Source: Alloascoidea hylecoeti
Lineage: Eukaryota
Assembly: GCA_001600815.1 (NCBI GenBank)
Contig: BCKZ01000024.1
Location: 186,001 to 243,173 of the forward strand
Reading direction: 5' to 3'
Length of the DNA: 57,173 nucleotides
The first letter of the stretch is position 1, and the number at the start of each line of letters is the position of its first letter. Shown piece by piece: positions 1-11,952 of this stretch. Position numbers and translations under genes: made by a program. The notes under the pieces are model-generated. The model was not told where the DNA came from. It searched no databases and saw nothing but the letters and a program-made list of their open reading frames with translations.

Positions 1-336
1 GTTCCGTAGTGCAATAACAGATCTATTAGATAAAGAAACTACAAGTATTTTTTCTGGTTCAATTCCTTGATTCACCCAATATATCATTCGATAGACAAGA
101 GACCTTGTTTTCCCTAAGTATAAAGAAAATAAGATGTTAACCAATTTGATTCAGAATTAATGATGTATCTAAAAATTGCTTATCTTACCGGTTCCAACTG
201 GGGCTATTATCTGTAAATTTGATTTAAGAGGATAAGTAGCAATCTCATATTGTCTTTCAGTCATTTTCAACTGAATTAATTTTGTAGAAGCTACATCTTC
301 ATTTTCTAAGTCACCTTTTGGCTCATCGGTCATCAT
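1..336 (-). CDS. HMI1: UvrD/REP-family DNA helicase, 5' part (HMI1-like; runs off the window). Exons 336..189, 113..<1
   Basis: Removing the GTAAG..TAG intron (188..114) gives LQIIAPVGTGKTRSLVYRMIYWVNQGIEPEKILVVSLSNRSV, containing Walker A and motif Ia. 'SLSN' is closer to Hmi1 (SLTNKAV) than to Srs2 (TFTNKAA). Confidence 0.65.
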
Positions 337-441
337 TGAAAAGTTAAAGTGAAAATTAATTAAGAGTAAATAATACAATACACGTGATTCAACTATGAAG
401 TGTACGTGTGTATGTGATAATTATCTATATTATATACTTAA

Positions 442-2826
442 TTAAATTTGACCTTCAAAAGCTTCCGTCAATGTTTTAAAATGCTTAATTTGTTCCTCAG
501 CATATTCACCTTCATTTTCACTCAAAATTGTTGTAACTAGAAAGTAATTATTATATAAAAATTGTTCTCTTTTAAAAGCATTTACATTTGATTTCTTTTT
601 ATCATGAGCACTACCAATAACAGTACTTAATTTAGTTAATGCTGATTCAAAATCATTTTGTAAACGAGTTAAACTAGCAGATAATGGTTCACTTTGTTTC
701 GTATCCAAATCGTTATTACTTAATTTAAGTAAACCAGAAACAAAACTTGCAAAATGTTGTGTCATTTGATGAGGAGCTACAGAATCATTAGATCCATAAA
801 AAGATGATTTTGTTGAAGCACGTCTAATAGAATCACAATTAGCATCAATGATTACTTGAAATCGTGGCCATAATGTAATTAATTGAAGATTAAAGTAATC
901 ATCTAAGATTGGAATCCGACGGTGTTGAAGTTCAAATTGTAATTTTTGAGAAATTCGAATACAGATTAAAATACCGAATGAATCAAAAGTCTCAGCAATC
1001 AAATTTTTGGTATGTTGCTAAAATTTGTTAAGTTAATAAATGATAACAATATGTTTGAAGTGTTTAGTACTATTAATCTTACCTCGCCCACCTTAAATGA
1101 TGGTGTAAATATTTCTTCAAAAACTTTTCCCCTTTCCTCATTTGAATTGAAAACAAAGAATTCATCAATGAATTGATATTCAACAGTACCATTATCCACA
1201 AGTGCCAAATTAAAACTTCTAAAACTTGTTTCTATCCAAAATGTCTAAACATTAAAAGTTAGTTATACAAAAATATGAAGAAAAAAAAGGTATTAAAAAA
1301 AACATACCGCTGGGTTATTTTTGGCAATTTGTGATAACATGACAGTTGGATCTTCAGCATCAATAATTCCAATTCTTTTCCCTAAAGCTAAATATTCCCC
1401 AATATTTAATTTTTCTTTTGTTGATTGGGTATATGATGATAAAAATCCAACTGTAGCACTTTCATCAGCACAAATTAAAACATTTCTATCAACATTATGA
1501 AGTTTTAATTTTTCTAAATTTCTTGCATATCTTTGAAAACCATTTAAATAATACCAACGAATTGTATTTATATAAGCTTGACGTAATTTTATTGCTAATT
1601 TTGGATGTAATTCATAAATAAAAGAATATATTTCTTTAACATGTAATAATTCTTGTTGTATTGATTGAGAATTAACACCATTAACTCGTAAATGACGGAT
1701 TTTTAAAACTATAAAATCTCTAATTCTTTCAACAGCTTTTAATATTAAAATGTGTAAGACTTTTTCCATTTCATGTAATGATACCATATTATGACTAGTA
1801 TCATTTTCATTTTCATTTTCATTAGTATTTTTATTTTTATCTTCATTAATTTTTTGTTGTTCTCTTAAAGATTTATAATAATCTCTTTTTATTTTTATAA
1901 CTTTTAAATGATTAATCCATTGAGAATTAATTTCTCCATTAACAATTCCTAAAACAACTTTTGGAGGAATAATTAATGGTTCAATAAATTGATTTAAATT
2001 TTTTTCTAATTTTTTTCTTTTTTCTAATTTTGAATTAATTGTTTTTGATCTTTCTTGTAATGTTTCCATTTCATTTGATAATTTTGATAATTCTTTTTGA
2101 AAATTTGTTAAATATGTTGTTAATGGTTCCAAATTTTTACGAGTTTCAATAATTGAATTTTGAAATGATTTTAAATTATTTTCTTGATCTTCCGTATCTG
2201 TAATTGAAAATTGTTCATGAATTGTTTTTAAATAACGAAGTTCAGATGATATTGAAGTACGTGTAGTGTTGTCATTTTCATTATTAGTTTTATCTTTGTC
2301 TTCTGTAGTTTCATCTTTTGTTTTATCGATTGTGGATGCGTATATTTTAGTAGTATCACCATTTTCAGGTATTACTTCATTTTTTCTTTTATATTCGGAT
2401 TCAGATGCTTTTATTTTATCTACGACATTTCTCTATTTCAAATATTAGTATCAGTCATGCACATCGGCTATTGAAGTAATAGAAACCACGTACCTTAATT
2501 AATCTATCACCATATAAAAATTCACTTAAATTCCCCAGAGTATCGGGGGCCGGAATCGGGGACGAGGCAGGGGTTGAGAAATGTGGGTTAAGGTGGGTCT
2601 GATGTCCTTGTGAGTTGATAGAAACGACGGAAGAGGATCTACTAATTCTCGAAGCAGACCTCGTTCTAGCTAATCTATCTCGAGAATTCATAAAATTGGT
2701 TTGACTAAACCGACGCTCCGGATGAGAATTACCATTTGGATATATAGATCCTGAACCATTATTACTTCCATATGGTTGATCACCAGGTACTGGAAGTTGT
2801 GGTACCAGAGGAATCGGAAGAGACAT
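442..2826 (-). CDS. VPS52: GARP complex subunit Vps52. Exons 2826..2494, 2432..1308, 1244..1083, 1017..442
   Basis: Three GT..AG introns join four ORFs in frame. Motifs include LTNFQKELSKLSNEMETLQERS, KAVERIRDFIV, FRSFNLALVDN and LWPRFQ. Confidence 0.9.
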
Positions 2827-3243
2827 TGCGTATGTGTTTGTATTTCCTACCTTTATTTTAGGAGGAGGTTTGTTTGTGTGTTGCCAATTGTAAACTTAAG
2901 ATGTCTGGTGGGATTATTCGGCATACAATTTCAGGCATAAATATAGCACTAATTGACATACAATCTATAAATTTTAAATCTGATATAATTATTTATCTCT
3001 ATTAGACCAATTAATATCTGTCCCAAAAATAGCAATTTTAAAAAGGCTGAGAAAAAAAACTAAAAAAAAAAAATGCCATAAAAACCTAACTAACAAAAAT
3101 TTTATATAACCTATAGTGTAAAATCTATATACATGATAGTATATCAATTGGTTGAAATTAGTATAACACCTTTACTAATATCCTGTGTTATTACCCTCAC
3201 TTAATTAGCCTTCCAAATTGTCAGAGGTGTTGTGCTATTAAAG

Positions 3244-5247
3244 CTAATGTCTTCTTCTATCCCTTTTCTTTTCCAAATTAGCTATATGAGCTTCACTTTT
3301 ATCAACTTGTGTATGTGAATGATTAGTCGAATGTATAATTTTTTTAATAATAAACCCACTTCTTTTATCTTCTTCTTCACAAACATTACAAACTTGAGTT
3401 TTAATTATCCAATCATCTTTAAAAACATCATCAATATTAATACGTAAAACAGGTGAAAGTTTAACCATTTTGCTAATTAATGTACGAGAATATTCAGGTA
3501 ATGCAGATAAAAGTCTTTCTTCACCTTTAGTTGGTTGTTTATCATCTATTGTTGGATCAGATGGTGATTTAACTGCTGTTTCATAAGAAGGTGGTGAAGC
3601 CGTTATGGTTGTAGATTTTTTCTTGTTTAAGATTGGAGAAGATAATTCTTCTAAAGGTTCAGTGTTAGATGTTGATTTAGATCCTGTTTCTTCAACTTCA
3701 CCTTCAACTTCTGTTTCTGAATCAGTATCTTGATGACTATCTGCATCAGAATCCGAACTTGAAGAACCATTAGAACTACTCGAAACAGGTTCAGAAACTT
3801 GTCTCATTGCTTGTTGTAAAGTAAAATCAGGTCTTGTTGCAAATAATTTAAAAGATGCATCAGATAATTTTGGAATTTTCCAAGGAAATTTTCTTAAAGT
3901 CATACAACTATAAATTATAGCACAAGACCAAACATCAGGAGGTCTTGGATCATATTTTGAAAAAGCACAAACTTCAGGAGCTAAATATGGATCAGAACCA
4001 ACAATTCCAGAAGCATCAACAATTTTATTTGAAAATGGATAATTAAAAACAACAGTTGCACCATAATCAATAATTTTAACAATACCATCTTTATTTATAA
4101 CACAATTATCTAATTTTAAATCACGATGTGCTAAGCCCATATGATGTAAATATTGAACACCAGATAAAATTTGTTTAAAACAACAATCAATTTCATTTGA
4201 CGACATTTTTGTTGACATTACAATTGCAAATAAATCATAATCACAATATTCCATAATTTGATAAATTTTATCACCTTCATAAGCAATTTCAATTGTTTCA
4301 ATTATATTTGAATGACGTAATGTTGTGCCAATACAATATTCACCAGTGATTTTTTTTGAATAATCTCTTCTTGACTCATTACTTTGTTTTTGGCGAAATT
4401 CTTTAACAGCGAATAATTTTTTATCAGTTAATCGTTTCATAAGTTTCACGTGACCTCCGGCACCAGCACCTAAAGCCGTCCCCATTTTTCCATACCTTTT
4501 TGAGAATGATAATGGTAGTGTAATTGAATTAGACATGCCACTTTCGATAGATACTGGTGATTGGGGTTGATATGGAGAATTCGTAGAGCCATGAGGAGAA
4601 TTTGAGTTTGAGTTTGAGTTTGAAAATGAATTTTGAATCGAATTTGGAAAAGAATTTGAATTTGAATTTGGAATTGACTTTGATGGTATTGGAATAGAAT
4701 TTTCTGAGGTGTAACTAGAAGAGAGAGATATGGAACTTCTTTTGAAAAATCTTTTCAAGTCAGCCATACTTCCACCCACAGGTTGAGAAGATCTTGCCAT
4801 TGTTGGCGAAGTTCCCGGAGCCGGGAAACCGGACGCTCCCATTGAAAAAGAAACTTGGTCAGCATTGGAAGTTCTTTTCGCACGAGAAAATAAATATGAC
4901 AAGTTTGAATGGGACTGATTTCTCGAGGAGCTTATAGAATTTGAATAGTAGGAAGCTTGTGCCTGTAAGTTTGTAGAACTTGCCTGAGCGACCTTTTCTT
5001 TCGACACGACGAACCGAGGATCTATCGTGAAGGAGGACTTTTTGTCGAGTGGGTTTGGTGAAGAGTAAGACGAGGACACAATTGGTGCCCCATTGGGGAT
5101 ATTTATGCCGGCTGTAGGCGGAGATCCGAGCGACGGTGGCTGTGCAAGATGTTGGGGCAGGGATTGGACGGTGGGCTGGTCCAAGGGTTGTGTGGGAGAC
5201 GGGGTGGAGCCCTCGAGGAGCTTGGACAACCCGGATTTCGTTGGCAT
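3244..5247 (-). CDS. HAL5: HAL/NPR-family Ser/Thr kinase, Hal5/Kkq8-like
   Basis: Motifs [38 protein letters not shown] and KFPWKIP, after a long S/N-rich N-terminus. Confidence 0.8.
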   Translation of the reverse strand: MPTKSGLSKLLEGSTPSPTQPLDQPTVQSLPQHLAQPPSLGSPPTAGINIPNGAPIVSSSYSSPNPLDKKSSFTIDPRFVVSKEKVAQASSTNLQAQASYYSNSISSSRNQSHSNLSYLFSRAKRTSNADQVSFSMGASGFPAPGTSPTMARSSQPVGGSMADLKRFFKRSSISLSSSYTSENSIPIPSKSIPNSNSNSFPNSIQNSFSNSNSNSNSPHGSTNSPYQPQSPVSIESGMSNSITLPLSFSKRYGKMGTALGAGAGGHVKLMKRLTDKKLFAVKEFRQKQSNESRRDYSKKITGEYCIGTTLRHSNIIETIEIAYEGDKIYQIMEYCDYDLFAIVMSTKMSSNEIDCCFKQILSGVQYLHHMGLAHRDLKLDNCVINKDGIVKIIDYGATVVFNYPFSNKIVDASGIVGSDPYLAPEVCAFSKYDPRPPDVWSCAIIYSCMTLRKFPWKIPKLSDASFKLFATRPDFTLQQAMRQVSEPVSSSSNGSSSSDSDADSHQDTDSETEVEGEVEETGSKSTSNTEPLEELSSPILNKKKSTTITASPPSYETAVKSPSDPTIDDKQPTKGEERLLSALPEYSRTLISKMVKLSPVLRINIDDVFKDDWIIKTQVCNVCEEEDKRSGFIIKKIIHSTNHSHTQVDKSEAHIANLEKKRDRRRH

Positions 5248-5373
5248 TTGACAGAAAAGTGATTTACAGGAAGAAAGGAGAAGCGAAGGTTTATTTTTCT
5301 ATACAATATAGATAACAAGCTTTCTGGGCCAATCAGCACGGGGACTGTTATCTGCATAGTATCTTATGTGTGC

Positions 5374-6343
5374 TTAGTCATCGTCATCTGGGATGCTTTC
5401 GTAATCCTGCGTCGGGTCTGCGTACATGAAAAATTGCACGAAAATAGCAAAGTCCAGGAAAAGCGTGCCCACGCTACCGGCCAGCCAGCTCGCGTTGATC
5501 CACAGGTAGTGGGCTCCGCTGCCCCCGCACAGGACAGAGACCACGTACGTCAGGTTCCCCAGACACGCGAACAGGAAGAACATGAAGCTCACTCCGTCAC
5601 ACGACTTTCTCTCGTAATTCAGCAGAATCTGCGGCACCCTCGAGCCGAGGTACAGCACCGCGCATAGCCATCCAAACGTCTGCGCCAGAGGGTCCCACTC
5701 CAGTCGTTCCGGCACCTCATCGTCCCTAGAAGTCCTGTCTCCCGACGAAATATACCATCCGGAAATCCCCGACACGACCACAAGCAGCACCATCAACGAG
5801 TTCACCAGGGCGGTCTTCGCACGGCTGCTCCCCTCGCTCCCCAATTCTCCGTCCAGAGCTTCTTCCAAGACGTCTTCTCCCAACGGCGTGGCCGGAGATA
5901 AGTGCACTGCGTCCACCTTCTCATCGTCTGTGCCGTACACATAGCATTGCACCAATAGAACCAGATCCGCTAGGGTATAGTATATCGCCAAAATCAGCAT
6001 TGTAGGTAAAACTCCTTGCAGCCATCCTCCGAGAACATTGAATACATCTCCAAGCAGCCACAGTATCACAAATGATTTGGATAGCCCATGCGCACTTTGT
6101 CGTCGAAACTGTTTGCATTGGCGTTAGTTCCTTAATCTCATCAGTATAATTTATAGGGATATTTACATTTTCAAACAGCTGTGGTGCAAACACAATGATC
6201 CAACATGCAATGGAAATCGATCTAATCACAAACTCATTAATATCTATGCTCATTTCTAATCATTCTTAATGTTAATCATCTTACCCGGTTATTCCACTAA
6301 CGGCCTGTGCATCTAGTACTGGTGGTGGCGGGGTCATAAGCAT
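5374..6343 (-). CDS. PQ-loop vacuolar cationic amino-acid transporter (Ypq1/Rtc2 family). Exons 6343..6285, 6221..6167, 6108..5374
   Basis: The spliced product reads SGITGSISIACWIIVFAPQLFENFRRQSAHGLS...WLLGD, with a second PQ loop YLGSRVPQILLNY. Confidence 0.9.
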
Positions 6344-7825
6344 TTTTTGTCTCTTCCCTTTTACCCTTTAATAATTTATTGATGTCTTTGAAGTTTTTCA
6401 ACTCTTTTTTTGTTAATTTTTTGGTTGATGTATGTTACCCGGTTTGGCTTCGATGAGTCAACCGGGCAAATATTAAAATTATGGATGTTTTTTTCTTCAC
6501 CTCCCAAGAAATTATAAATCTAACATATTAAATCAATTACTCACATTTTTTTAAAAAAACTGTTGAAATACTCCTGATAGTCAAGTTGGGCCATTAATGC
6601 TTTACTAAAGCCGATAAGATACGAATGTACCATGGTACAGTTTGCGAAACAATTGTAAGTACTCCTGAGTGGTGAAATTTTGCAAATGATGGACGTGTCT
6701 TGCGATTCAGTGAAAAAATTCTTTACGCGTTTAAAGAGGGATGTGTGGCACTTACTAACCATGATAATACACTGGCAAATATTTCAGAAACATCTCCATT
6801 GCAACAGAGGGAGGGGTAAATGTCCTCTTCTTCCAATTGCAATGCGATTTACACGCTCAACCTCCCACCTCCATTTTTCAGTAATTGAACCAGAATTTTA
6901 CTAGAAAGAAAACAATGGAGAGAATCCCGAACGTAGTAGATCAATTATTAAAAAATGTTGATGAGCATGTGGCAACAAGTTATGTAATACATGTATTTGA
7001 ATGTAGGTTATAGTATTGATATTTAAGAGGTGGTGGCTTTTTAAGTATATTGTTGTGGGCCGTGCCAGAATTTTGATACCTATATGTATTATTTCTAATT
7101 TCGTAGATTAACTTCAACTAAATTATGTATCAAATGTCCCTAATCCATTTCGTTTTGGGGATTTTTAATGTGCCCAAAAGCTCTCATTGTGTGAAGTGAT
7201 AAGTTAAGAGTATTGATAATCTATAACCACTATAAAAATAATTGATTACAGTTATTGAAATACTTGTTATGTATCCATTTTATCTGTATAAATTAAAATA
7301 AAGCTGTAATATCCCTATCGGTAAATATGTGTATGGGCCCTACTACGGGGATGGGGAAATATTTGAATTTCAAGATGGTCATCACTTACGTTTGTAAAAA
7401 AATAATGGACATATTCATATATGAACAATGAAGATTTATAATTAATTCAAGATGACTTTGACCCTCTAATGGTCTCTGCCGTTGTAAACCTCGAGCTCCT
7501 GTAAATACCGCTACAGACCTCTCGTCTCGTGATTTTAAACTTAGGTCATGTAACACCATTAATTATTATTCCGGGATATATGAAAATTTATAGAACGAAA
7601 GATATTGACTACTCAGATAGAGCATAATATTGCACTACGACTTTCAACATCAGATTACTTATCACAACTAGTAATTGGTTGGAATCTTTTGGAAAATAAA
7701 GATAAATGGATAATAGTCGCGCAGAATTAAATCTTGTTCCAGATAACCGATTTAAATCAGCATGAAATAATATCTTCGGAACATTTAATCTTATATGAAG
7801 TATTCATTCACTATATGTATTAATA

Positions 7826-8338
7826 TTAAAGCAAAAAAACTGCTAAAGCAGCAATAACGGCTTCAATTGATCCTGTTCGTATAGTAATGGCTCCCCCACT
7901 ACTTTTGATTTTGGTACTAGTACTTGAAGCAACAGAGCCTACAGCCGTAGTAGATCTAGTGCGGGTCGCGGTACCTGTAACTGAACCAGTTGAAAATGAA
8001 TCTGCTGAAACAGTCCCATTAATACTTGAATATACAGGAACAACTCCATTAGAACTGGTTGAAGAAATATCATGCTCAACTTCAAAATGAACGTTTTTTC
8101 CCCTTTTTGCACAAGATGATTTAAATGAATTAATACCATTATTGCGATCATTACCACTGTGGCATCTAGAATTTATGCAACTTGAAATATAATTTGCTGG
8201 ATCTCCTGAACAAAGGCAGTTATAATCATCGCTCTTGCAACGTCTGACTTTTGATGCTTGTGAGATACAAGAATCTAAACAAACAGGTTGTTTTGCAGTG
8301 ACAAAAGGTAGTAATGCAATAGCGAGTGACAACTTCAT
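7826..8338 (-). CDS. CFEM-domain, putative GPI-anchored cell-surface protein
   Basis: Signal peptide, 8-Cys CFEM pattern (PVCLDSC..C...DYNCLC..SSCI..C..C), S/T-rich stalk and hydrophobic C-terminal tail. Confidence 0.85.
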   Translation of the reverse strand: MKLSLAIALLPFVTAKQPVCLDSCISQASKVRRCKSDDYNCLCSGDPANYISSCINSRCHSGNDRNNGINSFKSSCAKRGKNVHFEVEHDISSTSSNGVVPVYSSINGTVSADSFSTGSVTGTATRTRSTTAVGSVASSTSTKIKSSGGAITIRTGSIEAVIAALAVFLL

Positions 8339-9864
8339 TTTTAAAAATGTTTAAGATTGATATTATTATTAACAAAAAAAGAAGGATTTTTAACAGGGTT
8401 TTATAGGTAAAATAAGTTTTTTTGAAAAAAAATAATCCTTAAAAGTTTCAAATCTATATTAATTGATTTGACGGTAATAACATAGCTGAACTGGAAAGAA
8501 TTAAAGAAATATGAAGTACGAGATGCCTATTCAAGTAAATGAAATACATAATAGGCATATTACAAAGAATTTATAATCTTATTTAATTTGCGAATTTCAA
8601 TTGGTTGCTCTCATACTGATCTAGAGCTATAGTAAAGTTATCCTAACGATTAGCAAAAGCGATATAGTTTTTTCGTCTGTTTACTCACCATATTTGCCCG
8701 TATATCAACAACACAATGAAATTGTTGAAAGAGCTAATTTTTAATACACAGCGCTACACTCTGAAAATATCTTCTAGACTTAAAAGATATATAGTCTACT
8801 AATAGTAATACTAATACTAATATAGCTATAAATACTGTTTGAAAAAAAGTAAAAAACAACTGTAGGCCCCAGTGTATGCATAGGGTGATTTCCCTAATGA
8901 GTAATTATTATTCAAGAATTTCGCACGAAAATTTCGGATTATTGGAGTTCTATCAATCGTAGCTTTATGATGAGTGAACAATTTATCATTGAAATTAATA
9001 CTTATGTTTAAATATATGAAATTATTGAGGAAGCACTTACTTAACGCAACAGATTTTTGATATTTCAATTTTTGGGAAGAAAATTATAAAACACAATTGT
9101 TGAACAAAATGCTTACTCATATTTACTTCGTCGGATAAATTGTATGCTTAATTGTATTCTTTAGAAACTTAAAATTTGCTATATATCTTGCTGCCAAGTG
9201 TGATGACATGTGCCTGTAATACTCTATATTTACACATGCATGTTATACATGTTCGTTTTACAACCAACTCCATATGCATGCTTTAAAATTGTACTTGTTA
9301 AATCATAATTAACCATAATAAAAATTGGAAGCTAATGGCAGCTTCAAGCTAATTAACTTATAAAAGAAATTACAAGTCACCTCAAAAATCATTCATCTTA
9401 ACTTAGCAATCATGTAAAACTAATAGACTGGTCATAACTATATATAAAAGAAAGACAACAAATAACAGAATAAGCTTAATTATAAGAAATAAACATAAAG
9501 ACATTTTTTATAGAGATATAGATGCATTGATTTAATTAATAGAAACTAAAGTTATCTATTGCCCATGGTCATAATCGATTTAGAATGAAATTTGAGAGAA
9601 AATTTTCAAGTAATATAGTGACTGTGGATAATCATATATAATAAACATGTTGAAAACTTAAGCTTTAAGTAAATATAATTATAATCTGGTATAAAAAAAA
9701 AGTAAGTAAATGAATATTTTGATAAATTCAAGAGATCTTGATAAATAATTTCAATTTCAACATCCAGCAATTCACTTCAAAGAGTTAACTTCATATAATA
9801 TTGAATGATGCAACATCCACCTTGGAAATTAAAAATTGACAATTTAATCAATCAAATGAATTAT

Positions 9865-11796
9865 TTATCTATATTCAACAGATCCGAAGCAATGTCTCCT
9901 CCAAGAATCAATCTTCCATCTAGATATACCTTTATCAGTACCAATAATTAATGATCCACCATCAAAAGTTGTCCAACCTAACCCAGATATATCTAAATCA
10001 GAGTATTCATATAAATCAGTTCTTGTTGAGTTTGAAGATGATGTAGAATGATCATTAGTATTCAAATGTAATGGCAATCGATGATAATTATTATCATAAT
10101 TACTGGTAGTAGTATTTGAACCAGCTGGTGCACCTGCTGAATTTGATGATGATGAGGATGCTATTGGATAACCTACTTCAAAGTCTCTCACAGGTGCTCT
10201 TTGTGATGGTGAAAGTTCAGCAGGTATCCCAACATTATTGTGTACATTTATAGAAGATAAATGGTAGCTTCGAAGATTAAGACTAGCATGTTCTTCAAAC
10301 CCATTGGACCTTCCAGGTATATAAGAAATTCGGGAGTTATTATTAGGAGAACTTGAAGGACTTACATCAAGAGTAAATCTAGATGGTCCAAGACCACCAT
10401 AAAAACGCACTAATTGAGGATCATTGATTCCGTGACTGTTGATATTGTTGTTGGGGGTAACATCATCTGTATAGACAAGGGTCCAATTTGTCCCCAGAGA
10501 GGCCTCTATTGAATGATGCGTTAAAGATCTTCTCCTCACTCTTTCAATACGATCAAGTCTTGAAGGAACTAGATGTGTAGAATTTGCAGTATTGGAAATT
10601 GTTCCATCATATGTTTGGACAATTGGTTGATAATTAGCAAAATTATTATTTGTTGGTTTTTGTTCCATTCCCAATTCCAATTCTAGCTCCATTAATTCAA
10701 TCTCTGGATCTTGATTGAAAGTTGATGATGGTTTATAAGTTGGTGTTATACCTGGTAAACCATAATTACTTGGATATGAGATAACTTGATGATCAGAAAA
10801 GTTTCTTGTATCAACTATATGAACACGACCCATATGCTCAGTATAGGCTAGGAAATCTTCGGAACCTTGTATAAACTTTGCACATCTTATAGCACCATTT
10901 TGTTGATCACACCTTGTTGAATAAAACGTTTTCAAAGGTGATTTTAGTGATCTTAAATCATATAATAATACTTTACCATCTTGAAATGCAGTTGCAAATA
11001 ATACACCTGAAGGATGAAAAGTAGTTGAAAATCCAGATGATGCATTTGTCTTTAATTTATGATCCGAGGATACTTTTGATTGAAAATCACCATGAATAAT
11101 ATGTAGATTTTGTGAATCACCACAGCAAATTAAAGTTTTTTGGTCAGGAGATAATTCTACATTATTTAATGAGCAATCAAGTTTGATTTTGTGAGATTTT
11201 GAGATGTGTGATTCGGCTATATCCAGAAAATATAAATTTCTATCATTATTGCAAAGAATAGAGCGATAGAGGGAATCCGAATTGGTAGGCTTGTACAAAG
11301 AAATTGAATTATTTATCAGAGACCCCACACGGATTGAATTTGATTGCTGAGTATGAGAGTTGTAGATCGAAAATAAGCCCCTTTCGTTTGCAGGAGTAGG
11401 AGATGACGGGGGTATGAGTGTGGGGAGAGCCGATGAACAAGAGTTATCAATTAGACCACCGGCTGCAATGTTTCCGGACAGCTCTGTTATACACTTTGGA
11501 GCAAAGTTGTATTCACAGACAAGGGAGGTTTTAGCCGTCTCCAAATCCAGAGAGTGGACTATAGTATCTGTGGGGTAGTAGACGGCATTTGGGTTCTGGG
11601 AAGAGGGGAGAATTAAGTCACGAAGCTGCCAGTGCTTGATAGTGACCCTACCAGGATAAAATGCGGGTGGAGATAGCACGTACGGGTCCCTACATTGGGG
11701 GAGCTGTACCTGTCTGTGGGACCTGTGGGTAGGATGATTAGTAAACACTGCCTGGGCTTGGATTCTTATGGGAAAAACATACGTATCGATGGTCAT
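9865..11796 (-). CDS. GID11: WD40/DUF2415 protein, Gid11 (YLR149C)-like GID substrate receptor
   Basis: MTID start, HWQLRD motif, FQDG..YDLR, EHMGRVH and DISGL near the C-terminus. Confidence 0.75.
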   Translation of the reverse strand: MTIDTYVFPIRIQAQAVFTNHPTHRSHRQVQLPQCRDPYVLSPPAFYPGRVTIKHWQLRDLILPSSQNPNAVYYPTDTIVHSLDLETAKTSLVCEYNFAPKCITELSGNIAAGGLIDNSCSSALPTLIPPSSPTPANERGLFSIYNSHTQQSNSIRVGSLINNSISLYKPTNSDSLYRSILCNNDRNLYFLDIAESHISKSHKIKLDCSLNNVELSPDQKTLICCGDSQNLHIIHGDFQSKVSSDHKLKTNASSGFSTTFHPSGVLFATAFQDGKVLLYDLRSLKSPLKTFYSTRCDQQNGAIRCAKFIQGSEDFLAYTEHMGRVHIVDTRNFSDHQVISYPSNYGLPGITPTYKPSSTFNQDPEIELMELELELGMEQKPTNNNFANYQPIVQTYDGTISNTANSTHLVPSRLDRIERVRRRSLTHHSIEASLGTNWTLVYTDDVTPNNNINSHGINDPQLVRFYGGLGPSRFTLDVSPSSSPNNNSRISYIPGRSNGFEEHASLNLRSYHLSSINVHNNVGIPAELSPSQRAPVRDFEVGYPIASSSSSNSAGAPAGSNTTTSNYDNNYHRLPLHLNTNDHSTSSSNSTRTDLYEYSDLDISGLGWTTFDGGSLIIGTDKGISRWKIDSWRRHCFGSVEYR

Positions 11797-11952
11797 CGTT
11801 GCAGTACAAATGAAGGATCAATCAATCTTTGGAAAAGTTGATTTATGGCCTGCTGTTGCGCTGACCTAATCCAACCGATTGCGTCCACAGCTTGCGTCTG
11901 CCTTGCGTCCACTTACTGCCACGGCTGAATATCAACAAATTATAATATTATA

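Noticed and set aside
4595..4675. GAATTT/GAGTTT hexamer repeats
   Set aside because: They encode the Asn-Ser low-complexity tract of the kinase.
5368..5667. 99-aa + strand ORF, and similar shadow ORFs inside STU2, SPT6, PEX13, SAS3 and VMS1
   Set aside because: They are antisense or alternate-frame shadows of well-supported genes.
6541..7800. Short ORFs and semi-open frames between the PQ-loop and CFEM genes
   Set aside because: No recognisable motif in the frames I translated. It could be an old relic but I cannot support a call.
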